From the NCBI GenBank assembly GCA_049521175.1, contig JBEKPB010000003.1:6704-70703 (forward strand): a stretch of DNA of 64,000 nt. The letters run 5' to 3'. The translations under genes and the position numbers were made by a program. The notes beneath the pieces are model-generated. The model was not told the DNA's origin and searched no databases. It worked only from the letters and a program-made list of their open reading frames with translations. Below, piece by piece: positions 1 through 11,468 of the stretch; position 1 is the first letter of the stretch, and every line of letters begins with the position of its first letter. This DNA comes from Candidatus Limnocylindrales bacterium. Lineage in GTDB: Bacteria > Chloroflexota > Limnocylindria > Limnocylindrales > CSP1-4.

Positions 1-16
1 CACAGGAGACAACCGC

Positions 17-1657
17 TTGCGGAAGATCCTGGCCGCCGTGGTGGCCGTCCCCTTCATCGCCGTCTTCTACCTCTCGTCGGTGATCCGACGGATATCCCCG
101 GTGAAGATGGCGATGGCCGGACCCGCCCAGCTCGTCGTGGTAGGAGCGGCGGTTGGTCTTCTGGTCAGTGGTCTGCTGCTGGGTTTGCCGGCAAGACAAG
201 TGGCGGGAGGCGCGCCGCCGACCTTCGCGGCCCTGGCACCCCAAGGCGATGGCCAACGCACCGGAACGAACCTGCCATTCGATGCGCCGTTCCAGGTGAA
301 GTTCACCAAGCCGATGAACGAGGCGACGGTCCAGAACGCACTGACCCTCACGCCCCAGGCCAACGTAACGTTCCAGTGGGACGCCACGGCCCAGGTCGTC
401 TCTCTGGCGCCGAATCCCCACTGGCAGCCGAACACGACTTATCTCGTCGACATCGGGGGCGGGGCAACCGACCAGCAGGGACTGCGTCTCGCGAACGAGG
501 TCCACACTTCGTTTGATTCGGGAGCACCCACGTCGGGCACGATTACCGCGACACAAAAAGGCGCCGGTCTCGTCTCGCCCATGACCACTTTCCAGATCAC
601 CTTCACGCGACCCGTGAAGCTATCGACGGTCCTGACTCACATCGGGATCGTGCCCCAGGTGGCGTTCGATCTCGTCGGCGACGACCCGACGGACGCGGCC
701 TCGCAGGTCTTCACTCTGACGCCCAGGGCCCAGCTGGCGTCCAACACTTCATACCAGGTTAGCCTCACCGACGGCGGGACGGACTCGGCGGGAGCCGCCC
801 TGCAGCCAGTGCCGACGCTCGTGGCTCACACCATGACCGCGCCCGCCGTGGTTCGCTTCAGACCGCAGGACGGCACCGCCTCGTACGACACCAACCAGCC
901 CGTATCCGTGCGGTTCACGATGGCCATGGATGAGAAGTCCACGGCCGCGGCCTTCTCAGTTACGGTCAACGGCGCCAAGGTCGCCGGCAGCACGTATTGG
1001 GCCGAGAACGACACCGTTCTGGTTCTCACGCCTCGCTCCTCGTTCAAGGTGGGCAACACGGTTGTCGCCAGGGTGAGCACGGCCGCGCGATCGGCCGAGG
1101 GCATGCACCTCGCGTCCGCGGCAAGCGCCACGTTCAAGGTCTCCGCGCCGCGGTCCACGGTCCTCTCGTACGGTGCGGGCAAGGCCTCGGCGAGCGCGCC
1201 GTATTACGCGTCCGAGATCTATTACATGAGCCTCATGAACTGCACCCGGACCGGGAAGTGGGTCACGAGCAGCGGCGCATGCAGCACCGAGACTCATCAC
1301 ACGCTGCCGGCCCAGAGCCCGCTCACCTACAGCGCCCGCATCTCGAACCTGGTCTCCCGCCCGTACGCCAAATACATGGCCGACCACAGGCTCTTCATCC
1401 ACGAGGGCTACCACGACGCGCACTGGCGTCTGTGCAACTGGGGCGGCTACTGCGGGAATTCCTTCGGTGAAAACATCGCCTGGCCCACGTCGTCTGGTCG
1501 CAGCGGGATGATCGCCGTCGAGATCTACTACCAGAACGAGTACTGGTGCCGCTGCGAGCACTACTACAACATCATGGCGTCGTGGCTACACCAGGCTGGC
1601 GTCGGCGTCTGGGTCTCTGGCGGCAACGTACGGGTGTCGATCGACTTCTACGGCTGA
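17..1657 (+). CDS. Secreted or membrane-anchored protein with tandem Ig-like (Big/SbsA-type) repeats and a C-terminal CAP/SCP/PR-1 domain
   Basis: Putative TTG start at 17 preceded by AGGAG. The frame is open to the window edge, so the gene may be 5'-partial. The N-terminus is hydrophobic (signal/TM). Repeated roughly 90-aa beta-rich segments have the pattern ...TFxxPV...V... . The C-terminal block carries GENIAW and HYYNIMASW motifs with conserved Cys and Trp, as in CAP-superfamily domains. Confidence 0.55.
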   Translation: MRKILAAVVAVPFIAVFYLSSVIRRISPVKMAMAGPAQLVVVGAAVGLLVSGLLLGLPARQVAGGAPPTFAALAPQGDGQRTGTNLPFDAPFQVKFTKPMNEATVQNALTLTPQANVTFQWDATAQVVSLAPNPHWQPNTTYLVDIGGGATDQQGLRLANEVHTSFDSGAPTSGTITATQKGAGLVSPMTTFQITFTRPVKLSTVLTHIGIVPQVAFDLVGDDPTDAASQVFTLTPRAQLASNTSYQVSLTDGGTDSAGAALQPVPTLVAHTMTAPAVVRFRPQDGTASYDTNQPVSVRFTMAMDEKSTAAAFSVTVNGAKVAGSTYWAENDTVLVLTPRSSFKVGNTVVARVSTAARSAEGMHLASAASATFKVSAPRSTVLSYGAGKASASAPYYASEIYYMSLMNCTRTGKWVTSSGACSTETHHTLPAQSPLTYSARISNLVSRPYAKYMADHRLFIHEGYHDAHWRLCNWGGYCGNSFGENIAWPTSSGRSGMIAVEIYYQNEYWCRCEHYYNIMASWLHQAGVGVWVSGGNVRVSIDFYG

Positions 1658-1832
1658 CGCCTGGCGGTCCGCCCCGCGGGCAGCGTTCTGGCGGTGGTCG
1701 GCTTGACTGTCGCGCGCGGGCGGATCCGCGCGATCGACATCGTGGCCGACCCGGCGAAGCTCCGGCGAATCGAGCCCGCGTAGACATCCGAGTCACGCGT
1801 CCGGAAGCGTGGTTCACGGCTGAGACTCTGAT

Positions 1833-2249
1833 GTGTCTCGAACAAAGTACCCTTGGGCTCCGCACCGTCCTGGCGCGGCGAGCGTCCAGCTGGAGGTCTC
1901 CGTCATGGCCGGCCCACCCTTCGAAGTCGAACTCTTGCTCGGGGGAGGGGTCACTGTGCCAATCAAACTCTCCGAGGACGTAGTCACGGCGTCTCGAGAT
2001 GCGACCGTGCGAGCCGCGATGGGCCCTGGCGACAGGAAGGGCCTCAGACGGGCGGGGCTGGAGATCGTGTACGGCGCGATCACCAAGAACGAGGACCAGC
2101 CGCTGATGGTGGAGGACGGAGAGACCGCGTGGCTCATCCCGATCCGAGCTATCCAGGCGGTTCGTTTCCGCGACCCGACCGTTGCCGCCGGCGAGCAACG
2201 CATCGGCTTCAGACCCGACCGATACGCGGCGTCGGACGAGCTCCGCTGA
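1833..2249 (+). CDS. Hypothetical protein (start possibly at internal ATG near 1905)
   Basis: ORF in the sense frame with protein-like composition and no recognisable motif; antisense ORFs here are Arg-rich artefacts. Confidence 0.3.
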   Translation: MSRTKYPWAPHRPGAASVQLEVSVMAGPPFEVELLLGGGVTVPIKLSEDVVTASRDATVRAAMGPGDRKGLRRAGLEIVYGAITKNEDQPLMVEDGETAWLIPIRAIQAVRFRDPTVAAGEQRIGFRPDRYAASDELR

Positions 2250-2289
2250 GGTCAGTCCTCGACCCCGACGCTCGGTTATCGACCAGCGG

Positions 2290-3543
2290 TCAACTGCAAG
2301 ACAGCAGGCCGTATGCCCCTTTCGCTCGGAGAACGTACAGGGCGGCGGCATCGACCTTGGCCGCGAAGCCCGAATCCGAGCGGGCGCGAGCCAGGACGGC
2401 TGCGGCCATCTGACTAGCCGGGTCGACGCCCAAGACGATCATGAAGTCCCCGCCCGCGGCGATGAACGCCGTGGCCCGATCGCCCGGCGCCAGCGAGGCC
2501 GCCGAGGCGGCCGCCCCAAGATCGTCGGACATGACCACACCCTGAAACCCGAGCCGGCCGCGCAGCAGAGTTCCGATGATCGTCGGCGAGAAGACCGCCT
2601 GGTGCGCGGGATCGATGGCCGCATATGTGGCCAGCGAAACCATCACGAACGGCGCACCGGCATCTATCCCCGTCTGGAAAGACCCGAGATAAGGGTCGTC
2701 CGCGGTGGTCTTGGAGTCGACGACGCCGGCGACCGTGTCGGTGTTGCCGACGACTCGGCCCAGGCCGGGAAAGTGCTTGAGAGTGGTCGGGATGCCGGCT
2801 TGAGCCATGCCGCGTACGACCGCCGCGCCGTGGCCCCCGACCGTCACCGGGTCGTGCCCATACTCACGCTGCAGGGCCCCGATCGGTTCATTAGTCGCGT
2901 CCGCGCCAGACGGCACGACGTCCATCACCGGGGCGAAGTCGAGATCGACCCCGGCAGCTGAGAGCTCGCGACCCCACGTGGCGGCGTCTGCCTGGAGAGC
3001 CGCGATCGACAGTTGGCCCTGCTGCAGCGCGGAGGGAATCGTCGAGAATCCCGGCCCCGACAGGCGCTGCACAAGCCCGCCCTCCTGGTCGGCGCCGATG
3101 AAGAACCGAACCCCGTGGGTGTTGGCGTCCGTCGCGAGCGCCTGGATCTCGGCCGCGAGAGGCCGCACTCCAGCGACCCCGCCGGTCCGGGAGTTGACCA
3201 GCCAGGTCGACCCGAGGTGGTAGGTCTCTACGGCGGCAGTCTCGGCCGACGAGAGATGGTCCCCCTCGATACCGAGCAAGAACAGCTGGCCGACGCGTTG
3301 CCCCTCCGTCATCGCGGCGAGCGTCCGAGATGCGCAAGCCGACGATCCATCGAGCGTCGCTGAGGGGCCGGTTGAGCCGCCTGAGCCGCCCGCGTCGGCC
3401 GCCGTGGGCGCAACGACCGGTGGTGCAGCGGTTGCGCTCGTACCGGTCGACTGGGGCGGCGCCGTGCCGCAGGAGCCGACCGCTACCGCCGCAAGGCAGA
3501 ACAGCAGCGTTCGGAGTCGCGCCTCGGCCGTTCGCAGTGGCAT
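2290..3543 (-). CDS. Glycoside hydrolase family 3 N-terminal-domain lipoprotein (beta-N-acetylhexosaminidase, NagZ-like)
   Basis: Signal peptide with lipobox (LAAVAVGSC). KHFPGLG motif and FIGADQEGG...FAPVMDV block typical of GH3 NagZ-type enzymes. Confidence 0.75.
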   Translation of the reverse strand: MPLRTAEARLRTLLFCLAAVAVGSCGTAPPQSTGTSATAAPPVVAPTAADAGGSGGSTGPSATLDGSSACASRTLAAMTEGQRVGQLFLLGIEGDHLSSAETAAVETYHLGSTWLVNSRTGGVAGVRPLAAEIQALATDANTHGVRFFIGADQEGGLVQRLSGPGFSTIPSALQQGQLSIAALQADAATWGRELSAAGVDLDFAPVMDVVPSGADATNEPIGALQREYGHDPVTVGGHGAAVVRGMAQAGIPTTLKHFPGLGRVVGNTDTVAGVVDSKTTADDPYLGSFQTGIDAGAPFVMVSLATYAAIDPAHQAVFSPTIIGTLLRGRLGFQGVVMSDDLGAAASAASLAPGDRATAFIAAGGDFMIVLGVDPASQMAAAVLARARSDSGFAAKVDAAALYVLRAKGAYGLLSCS

Positions 3544-3552
3544 GGCCGGGGC

Positions 3553-5325
<1,773 letters not shown>

Positions 5326-5469
5326 CTGTCGTCCTCTTTGCGATCTCGCGCCGCGCCCCTCGAGGCGCCTCATTGTATGTGGGGTACGGATCAGGTTTCG
5401 GCGTCTTGCTGGCTGAGGCCCGACCAGGCACGATGACATCGCAACAAGTCCAACGAAGCGAGGGATGAA

Positions 5470-5958
5470 ATGGCCAGCGACACCTTGCGCGAACAACTGC
5501 TCGCGCTGATCGACGGACACGGCGCTCATATGCCGTTCGACGCCGCCGTGGCGGACTTCCCGGATGACGCCATCAACAGGTTTCCGCCCAACGTCGCGTA
5601 CACGCCGTGGCACCTGCTCGAGCACATCCGGATCGCCCAGAGAGACATCCTCGACTACATCCGCGACCGGGCCTATCTCGCGCCAACGTGGCCGGAGGAG
5701 TACTGGCCGGAGCGCGACGCCACCGCGACGCCGGAGCAATTCGCGCGGACGGTCGAGGGCTTCAAGGCCGACCGGACGGCACTGCACGATCTGGTGGTCG
5801 ATCCGACCACCGACCTCCTGGCGACGATCCCGAACACCCCCGGCCACACCATCCTGCGCGAGGTGCGTCTGGTCGGCGACCACAACGCCTACCACATCGG
5901 CGAGTTCGCGATCCTCCGTCAGGTCATGGGGACCTGGCCGGCGGGCCGAAAGGAGTAG
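5470..5958 (+). CDS. DinB/YfiT-like (DinB_2 superfamily) protein
   Basis: 162 aa with conserved His pattern (WHLLEH...H...YH) typical of DinB_2 four-helix-bundle metalloproteins; GGAGG-like RBS (gagggatg). Confidence 0.65.
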   Translation: MASDTLREQLLALIDGHGAHMPFDAAVADFPDDAINRFPPNVAYTPWHLLEHIRIAQRDILDYIRDRAYLAPTWPEEYWPERDATATPEQFARTVEGFKADRTALHDLVVDPTTDLLATIPNTPGHTILREVRLVGDHNAYHIGEFAILRQVMGTWPAGRKE

Positions 5959-6089
5959 CGGCTCGAGGCGTGGGTGGGCGCCCATCTCGAAGCATGAGCG
6001 ATGGCGCCCGTTTGCCGCGTGAGGGATCGTCCCGACCTGAACACCGACCTTGCCTGCGGGGTACGATCTCGAGGCGAGGAGGTTTCGTC

Positions 6090-6704
6090 ATGTCGATCGC
6101 CCTGCTCCTGGTTGCATGTGTGCTGATCGGCGTGTCCGCCTATCTGGTGACGCGTGTCGCCGCGTTCAGTGTGGTCGCGCCGGTGTCGGTTCAGCTCCCA
6201 CACAGCGGACCCGATGATCCCGGACGGATTGAAGCCACCTCGGGCATCCTCGGCTTTTCGCCGGTCGGGGAGCTGATGATCCCGACCCCTGGCGCGACGA
6301 AGGGCCCGAGATTGCTGTCAACGCTCGTGGACACCGATCGCGTCTCGGTAGTCCTCGCGACATCCCCAAACGGGGGATGGCTGCTGACCGCGTGGCCGGA
6401 TGGCTCGTACGTCAAGACCAGATGCCCGAGACCGTACATCTTCCCGTCGGCACGCCTCTCCGAAGCCGTCCTTCTCTCGGGAGCGACGTTGCCGGAGGCC
6501 TACTCACGCCACCGGAAGGCGGTCGCGGAGATCAGCGTCCAGCGTGGCGAGCCGGTCCGCGTCGCAGATCCCGACGGCGTTCTCGAGTGCTTCAAGACCG
6601 CGAACCAGACCGCGAAGCGGCTACTCATGCGAACGTTGTTCGTGGTCATGCCCCTGGGGGTCGCTTCCTGGGTGGTTCTGGTCGTCGCGTACCTGATTCA
6701 GTAG
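6090..6704 (+). CDS. Hypothetical membrane protein
   Basis: ATG at 6090 with upstream GAGGAGG; N- and C-terminal hydrophobic helices; no recognisable domain. Confidence 0.45.
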   Translation: MSIALLLVACVLIGVSAYLVTRVAAFSVVAPVSVQLPHSGPDDPGRIEATSGILGFSPVGELMIPTPGATKGPRLLSTLVDTDRVSVVLATSPNGGWLLTAWPDGSYVKTRCPRPYIFPSARLSEAVLLSGATLPEAYSRHRKAVAEISVQRGEPVRVADPDGVLECFKTANQTAKRLLMRTLFVVMPLGVASWVVLVVAYLIQ

Positions 6705-6759
6705 GCTCGGTCAGTCTCACTCAACCACGGACGTGCCCAGCGCGTTATGCGGCATCCGC

Positions 6760-7113
6760 CTAACAGGTGACGTGGAGGATCGCGTACACGTCGTCCGGCT
6801 CGATGTCGGAGAGCAGGCGGCATGCTTCGCTGGTGGGAAGTGCCTCGATGGCGATCCCCCGTCGCGCTGCTTCCTCGCCCAATTCGGGAGCGATGGGCAG
6901 TTGCCCACGGGCGCCCGTGCCGATGATCAGCCGCTTGCCTCCCCATGGGATCTCCTCGGCGGCGGTTAGCGGTGTGTGCCCAAACCGGCCGGCAAGTGCC
7001 TTCGAAGGGCCCTTGTCCCGTTTGCGGATCCGTCCGCCTTCGATGACCACATCGCGGTGATAGTGCTCGCCCTCGATCTTCAGTTCTCCGAACGAGACCA
7101 GCTTAGCTTTCAC
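6760..7113 (-). CDS. Mth938-like domain protein
   Basis: 117 aa with KRLIIGTGARGQLPIAPEL...GIAIEALPT, a pattern typical of Mth938-like (DUF498-type) proteins. Confidence 0.5.
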   Translation of the reverse strand: MKAKLVSFGELKIEGEHYHRDVVIEGGRIRKRDKGPSKALAGRFGHTPLTAAEEIPWGGKRLIIGTGARGQLPIAPELGEEAARRGIAIEALPTSEACRLLSDIEPDDVYAILHVTC

Positions 7114-7323
7114 AGCCGCATCTTCTCACGGGCGTATCGAGGCGGAGCGCGGAGACTTGTTCCATGGGCGGGCGGCACGTCGGTCCGCGAGGCACACCTG
7201 AACGAGTCGTTCGGCGCACCGTCGGCAGATGAGGGCTACGATTCGACCGAAGCACGTCGTTCAGCGCCCTGGGGCAGGCGCGCGCTGGCTGCGTGGCCGG
7301 CGGATCGAGCGAGGAGCAGAGCC

Positions 7324-8115
7324 ATGAAGACGGTCACTTCGAAGGACGGCACAACCATTGCGCTCGACCAGTGGGGGTCGGGGCCGGCGCTCATCTTGGT
7401 GGGCGGTGCACTCGCCACTCGATCGGCGTCTCCGCCGGTGGCCGCATTGCTGGCGCCCCATTTGACCGTGTTCGGGTATGACCGGCGCGGCCGTGGCGAC
7501 AGCGGCGACACGATGCCGTACGCCGTCGAGCGCGAGGTCGACGACATACAGGCGCTCATCACCGCGGCGGGCGGCCGGGCCTCCCTCTTCGGCCACTCGT
7601 CCGGCGCCGCGCTCGCCCTCGAGGCCGTCTCCCGTGGCCTCGCGGTGCAGAAGCTGGCGTTGTACGAGCCTCCATTCATCGTCGACGGCGGCCGGGCTCC
7701 GCTGCCAGAGGATTTCGTGGCGCACCTTACCGATCTGGCGGCTTCAGGACGTCGACGGGAAGCCCTCGAGTACTTCATGACGACGGCGATGGGTATGCCG
7801 CCTGCAGCCGTAAGCGGCATGCAGAGGGATCCAGGCTGGTCTGGTTTCGAGGCGATTGCACAGACGCTGGCGTACGACGGAGCAATCCTTGGCAACCACA
7901 TGTCCGGCGCGCCGCTCGAGGCCGGGGAGTTCGCCGCGGTTACGGTGCCAACGCTGGTGATGGACGGCAGTAACAGCCCGGGCTGGCAGCACACCTCTGT
8001 GCGCGCACTCGTGGCGGCCTTGCCCAACGCAAGGCACATGACCCTCGAGGGTCAAGCGCACGGCGCGGCGCCGGAGGTCCTCGCTCCCGTGTTGGTCGAG
8101 TTCTTCACCAGCTGA
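7324..8115 (+). CDS. Alpha/beta-fold hydrolase
   Basis: Trimmed to ATG at codon 117 of track ORF 6976..8115. GHSSG nucleophile elbow, and late Asp/His consistent with a catalytic triad. Confidence 0.75.
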   Translation: MKTVTSKDGTTIALDQWGSGPALILVGGALATRSASPPVAALLAPHLTVFGYDRRGRGDSGDTMPYAVEREVDDIQALITAAGGRASLFGHSSGAALALEAVSRGLAVQKLALYEPPFIVDGGRAPLPEDFVAHLTDLAASGRRREALEYFMTTAMGMPPAAVSGMQRDPGWSGFEAIAQTLAYDGAILGNHMSGAPLEAGEFAAVTVPTLVMDGSNSPGWQHTSVRALVAALPNARHMTLEGQAHGAAPEVLAPVLVEFFTS

Positions 8116-8153
8116 AGAGGGCTGATCTGGCCGGCTCCGCGTCGCGGCGCGAC

Positions 8154-8867
8154 GTGGCGGATACGTTGGATCAGGTCTCTGCGCGGCGCGCACGCCGGCG
8201 CATACTGGACTCGATGTCCATCGGATCGCGGCTGCCGGCGTTCTCGTTGCTCGGACTGGTGCTCATCGCCGCCGCACTGCTCATCGCCGGGTGGGGCGTG
8301 GCTGTGGGAGTGGGCATCATCGCCGGCTCCCTGCTTGGACTGGCCAACTTCCTCGCCTTCCTGGGTTTGAGCTCGCGTTCGCGGGGCGGCAGTTCGGTCA
8401 GCTGGCTGTCTCGCGGCGGCCCGTCATCCGGGCCCGACCATGAGCTCCTGCAGCGCTTCGGTCGCAACTCGATGCGCGTTGCAGGAGTGGATGCGGGCAC
8501 CTTGCGCCGAGTCATCGCGGTCGGTAGCAGTGTGGAGGCAGGCAGCGCGCGCGTCGAAATCGTCGCCGTGGAGATCCGCGATGACGGCGGGATCGCCACC
8601 CTAGTCGCACACACGCGACCGCCAGTTGGTCACGTCGGGCATTTCGTCGAGGTCACGGTCTCCGACGACGCGGGGACCGCATACGTCGCCTCGGGCCAGG
8701 GTTCCGGCGGATCCAGCACGAATGCCAGCCGCCACGAGATCCGGTTCGCGCCCCGGCCGCCTGACGGCGCCCACACGCTCATTGTCCATGTCGCCTCGTT
8801 CGCCGATCCGTTCCCGGGTGTCGCAGCCCGGCTCGACGGCCCCTGGGAGTTCCGCGTGCCGCTCTGA
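8154..8867 (+). CDS. Hypothetical membrane-anchored protein
   Basis: GTG start; N-terminal TM hairpin (LLGLVLIAAALLIAGWGVAVGVGIIAGSLLGLANFLAFLGL) followed by a soluble domain of unknown type. Confidence 0.45.
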   Translation: MADTLDQVSARRARRRILDSMSIGSRLPAFSLLGLVLIAAALLIAGWGVAVGVGIIAGSLLGLANFLAFLGLSSRSRGGSSVSWLSRGGPSSGPDHELLQRFGRNSMRVAGVDAGTLRRVIAVGSSVEAGSARVEIVAVEIRDDGGIATLVAHTRPPVGHVGHFVEVTVSDDAGTAYVASGQGSGGSSTNASRHEIRFAPRPPDGAHTLIVHVASFADPFPGVAARLDGPWEFRVPL

Positions 8868-9043
8868 TCGGCCGACCGCCCGCGCCCAGATGATTCGGTT
8901 CGTTGGCTCGGTGGTCTCAGACGACGCGACGTGGTCCATAGGCCGTCGGAGGGCGCAGCCGACGAGCCCGAACCCTGCGAAGATCCACCTGTGCAGGCGC
9001 TGACGTTGCCGGGGATTCCGACGCGAGTGCCCCCGGTGCCGGC

Positions 9044-9967
9044 GTGACGCGGCGGGGGCTGGTCCTCTTCGGCCTGATGTCGCTGATCTGGGGCATCCCG
9101 TACCTGTTCATTCGGGTTGCAGTCGCCGAGATCTCACCGGCCACCCTGGTCTTCGCTCGGACCGCGATCGCCGCCCTGATCCTGCTTCCGATTGCTCTCC
9201 TTCGGACCGATTTCCGGTCCGTGCTCGCGCGCTGGCGCTGGATTGTCGCTTTCGCGGTCGTCGAGATCGGAGTGCCGTGGGTGCTTCTCGGGTCGGCGGA
9301 ACAGCACATCACGAGCTCACTCGCGGGCCTTCTCGTGGCCGGGGTGCCGCTGGTCGCCACGGTCATCGCAGTGGGCACGGGCGGTCGGGATCGGATCGGC
9401 GCCACCGGCGTTCTCGGGCTGCTCGTGGGACTCGTCGGGGTCGCGGCGATCGTCGGGCTGAACCTGGGCGCGTCGAATGGCCCGGCGATCCTCGAGGTCG
9501 GGGTCGTCGTCATCGGCTACGCGCTCGGGCCTGCCATCCTGGCCCGCCGGCTCGCCGGTTTGCCGGCCGTCGCCGTCATGGCGCTCTCGCTCTCGATGTG
9601 CGCCCTGGTGTACGCGCCGATCGCCGTCCTTCAGCGACCCACGACGATGCCCAGCGCGGCCGCCCTCGGCGCGGTCGCGGTCCTCGGATTGGCCTGCACC
9701 GCGGCGGCGTTCCTCCTCTTCTCCGCACTGATCGACGAGATCGGCCCGGTTCGCGCAACCGTGATCACCTACCTCAACCCGGCGGTCGCGGCGCTGCTCG
9801 GTGTGGCGGTGCTGAACGAGTCGTTCACAGTCGGGATGGCCGCGGGCTTTGGGCTGGTGATCCTGGGCTCCGTGCTCGCCACGCGGCCGGCCGGCGCACG
9901 GATCCCGCGACTCTCGGGTCGTTCCGGCAATCGATCCGACGCCGATCGCACCGAGATCCCCGTCTGA
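9044..9967 (+). CDS. EamA/DMT-superfamily transporter
   Basis: Ten predicted TM helices in two EamA-like repeats (WGIPYLFIRVAV...). Confidence 0.75.
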   Translation: MTRRGLVLFGLMSLIWGIPYLFIRVAVAEISPATLVFARTAIAALILLPIALLRTDFRSVLARWRWIVAFAVVEIGVPWVLLGSAEQHITSSLAGLLVAGVPLVATVIAVGTGGRDRIGATGVLGLLVGLVGVAAIVGLNLGASNGPAILEVGVVVIGYALGPAILARRLAGLPAVAVMALSLSMCALVYAPIAVLQRPTTMPSAAALGAVAVLGLACTAAAFLLFSALIDEIGPVRATVITYLNPAVAALLGVAVLNESFTVGMAAGFGLVILGSVLATRPAGARIPRLSGRSGNRSDADRTEIPV

Positions 9968-10096
9968 CGTCTCCCGGCGGTCATGATTCGGCGCTGTCGG
10001 CCCGGTTTGGCTCGGGGGCGTAGAAGGCCGTCGTTCGTTGGCTATTGGCCCATCTCGAAGCGTTGACCTCGCTGCATTACGACTCGGACCCGCCCG

Positions 10097-10705
10097 TCAG
10101 ACCCCGACGGGCTCGCGCACGAGCACGACCGTGGTTCGGCCGGGCTGCCATTCGCCGTACATCACGAGAACCTTCTCGAGCACTGTGTCGACACCGAGCC
10201 GCTCGCGAACCTGGGCGTTCTCATACGGGAACACGACGTCTTTGATGCGAAGCATGGCGGCCGCGAGGTCGGCAACGATCTTCTGGCTGCCCACGACGAG
10301 GATCAGCCGGCCGGCCCCCGCGGCGTACGCGCCGAGCTGGCTTCCGGTGGCCGACGCGGCAACCAGGGTGCCATCCTCGGTCACCGCCGCCACGCTGCCG
10401 AGCATGTAGTCGGGCGCCGCGATGAGCTTGCGGATCTCGCGAGCCTGGGTCTTGCGATCCATCGCGAAGTAGCGCGGCCGCAACGCATCGTAGCGACCCG
10501 AATCGATGAGCTCGGCGAAGAGGCCGACATCCTCGAGAGTCTTCGACTTGCCCGAATGGACCTCGGCGCCGACCGGGATCATCTCGAGCACGACCTTCCG
10601 GGCCTCATCGGCCGAGTCCACGACGATCGTGTCGATGTTGTGCGAGCGGAGGGCTGCGGCCACTCGTTCGATCCGGTCGTCTGGACTGCTGGCCTGGCTG
10701 GTCAT
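10097..10705 (-). CDS. LUD-domain protein (LutC/YkgG-like)
   Basis: 202 aa with lactate-utilisation LUD-domain signature blocks; start overlaps the tetR stop (ATGA). Confidence 0.6.
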   Translation of the reverse strand: MTSQASSPDDRIERVAAALRSHNIDTIVVDSADEARKVVLEMIPVGAEVHSGKSKTLEDVGLFAELIDSGRYDALRPRYFAMDRKTQAREIRKLIAAPDYMLGSVAAVTEDGTLVAASATGSQLGAYAAGAGRLILVVGSQKIVADLAAAMLRIKDVVFPYENAQVRERLGVDTVLEKVLVMYGEWQPGRTTVVLVREPVGV

Positions 10706-11376
10706 TGCATGCTCCTGGTTTGGGTGGTTGGCCTGGCGAGTCGTCGCATCGCGATCATCATCTGGCGAGGGCCCGGGGGCGGTGGCAGTCGGCTCGCGCC
10801 TTCACTCCGGAAACCGTCGAGCATCAACCCGACGAAACGCTTCCATGCACCCGGCGCGGCCGGCCCGGCAGCCCCGACGACACCGGCGTTCGCCATGAGG
10901 AGCACCACCAGGTCCTCCGGGACGAAGTCGGCTCGCAAAGTCCCCTCTTCCTGGGCGCGCCCGATCAGTCGCACCGACAGTTCGTACCCGCGGGCGCGAT
11001 GCTCTTCCAGTCTCTTGGAGTTCGAGAAAACCCTCGTCAGGACGTCATTCAAGCCTCGGTCGGCGGCTTGCATCGAGCAGATGCGTTCGGCATAGGCGCA
11101 GAAGCCCGACCATCCGTCCGAGGCCTCGAGCGCCTTCTCGGCAGCCTCGGCGTACTCCTCCAGTCTCCGCTCGAAACAGGCCGCGATCAGGTCCTCGCGT
11201 GTCGGAAACCGGCGGTAGAGGGTGGCGATCCCCACGCCCGCATGCTGTGCGACATCCTCGAGCGGAACGTCCAAGCCGCGCTCGGCGAAGTCCGCTTGAG
11301 CGGCTTCCACGATCCGCAACCTGTTCCGCTCCGCGTCGACCCTGAGCCGCGCCGTCTCTTCGTTGTCCCGTTGCAT
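10702..11376 (-). CDS. TetR-family transcriptional regulator
   Basis: N-terminal HTH (RIVEAAQADFAERGLDVPLEDVAQHAGVGIATLYRRFPTREDL) characteristic of the TetR family. Confidence 0.85.
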   Translation of the reverse strand: MQRDNEETARLRVDAERNRLRIVEAAQADFAERGLDVPLEDVAQHAGVGIATLYRRFPTREDLIAACFERRLEEYAEAAEKALEASDGWSGFCAYAERICSMQAADRGLNDVLTRVFSNSKRLEEHRARGYELSVRLIGRAQEEGTLRADFVPEDLVVLLMANAGVVGAAGPAAPGAWKRFVGLMLDGFRSEGASRLPPPPGPRQMMIAMRRLARPTTQTRSMQ

Positions 11377-11468
11377 GGTGCCACTCTACGCGCAACCGGA
11401 GGTCACCCTCCATTTGCAGTACGCTCGGCCCGTTGTCTGAAACCACTCCTTCGCATTTGAGGTACCCG

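Noticed and set aside
1572-2351. Numerous antisense or alternative-frame ORFs of 60-270 aa rich in Arg/Pro/Gly throughout the window.
   Set aside because: Composition is typical of the non-coding frames of GC-rich genes, there are no motifs, and they are mutually exclusive with well-supported genes.
5979-10061. Exact 14-mer GCCCATCTCGAAGC shared between two intergenic regions (about 5979 and about 10048), the first embedded in a GGGCGCC...GGCGCCC hairpin.
   Set aside because: A single 14-nt match is within chance expectation for 64 kb of biased-composition DNA, and the flanks do not align.
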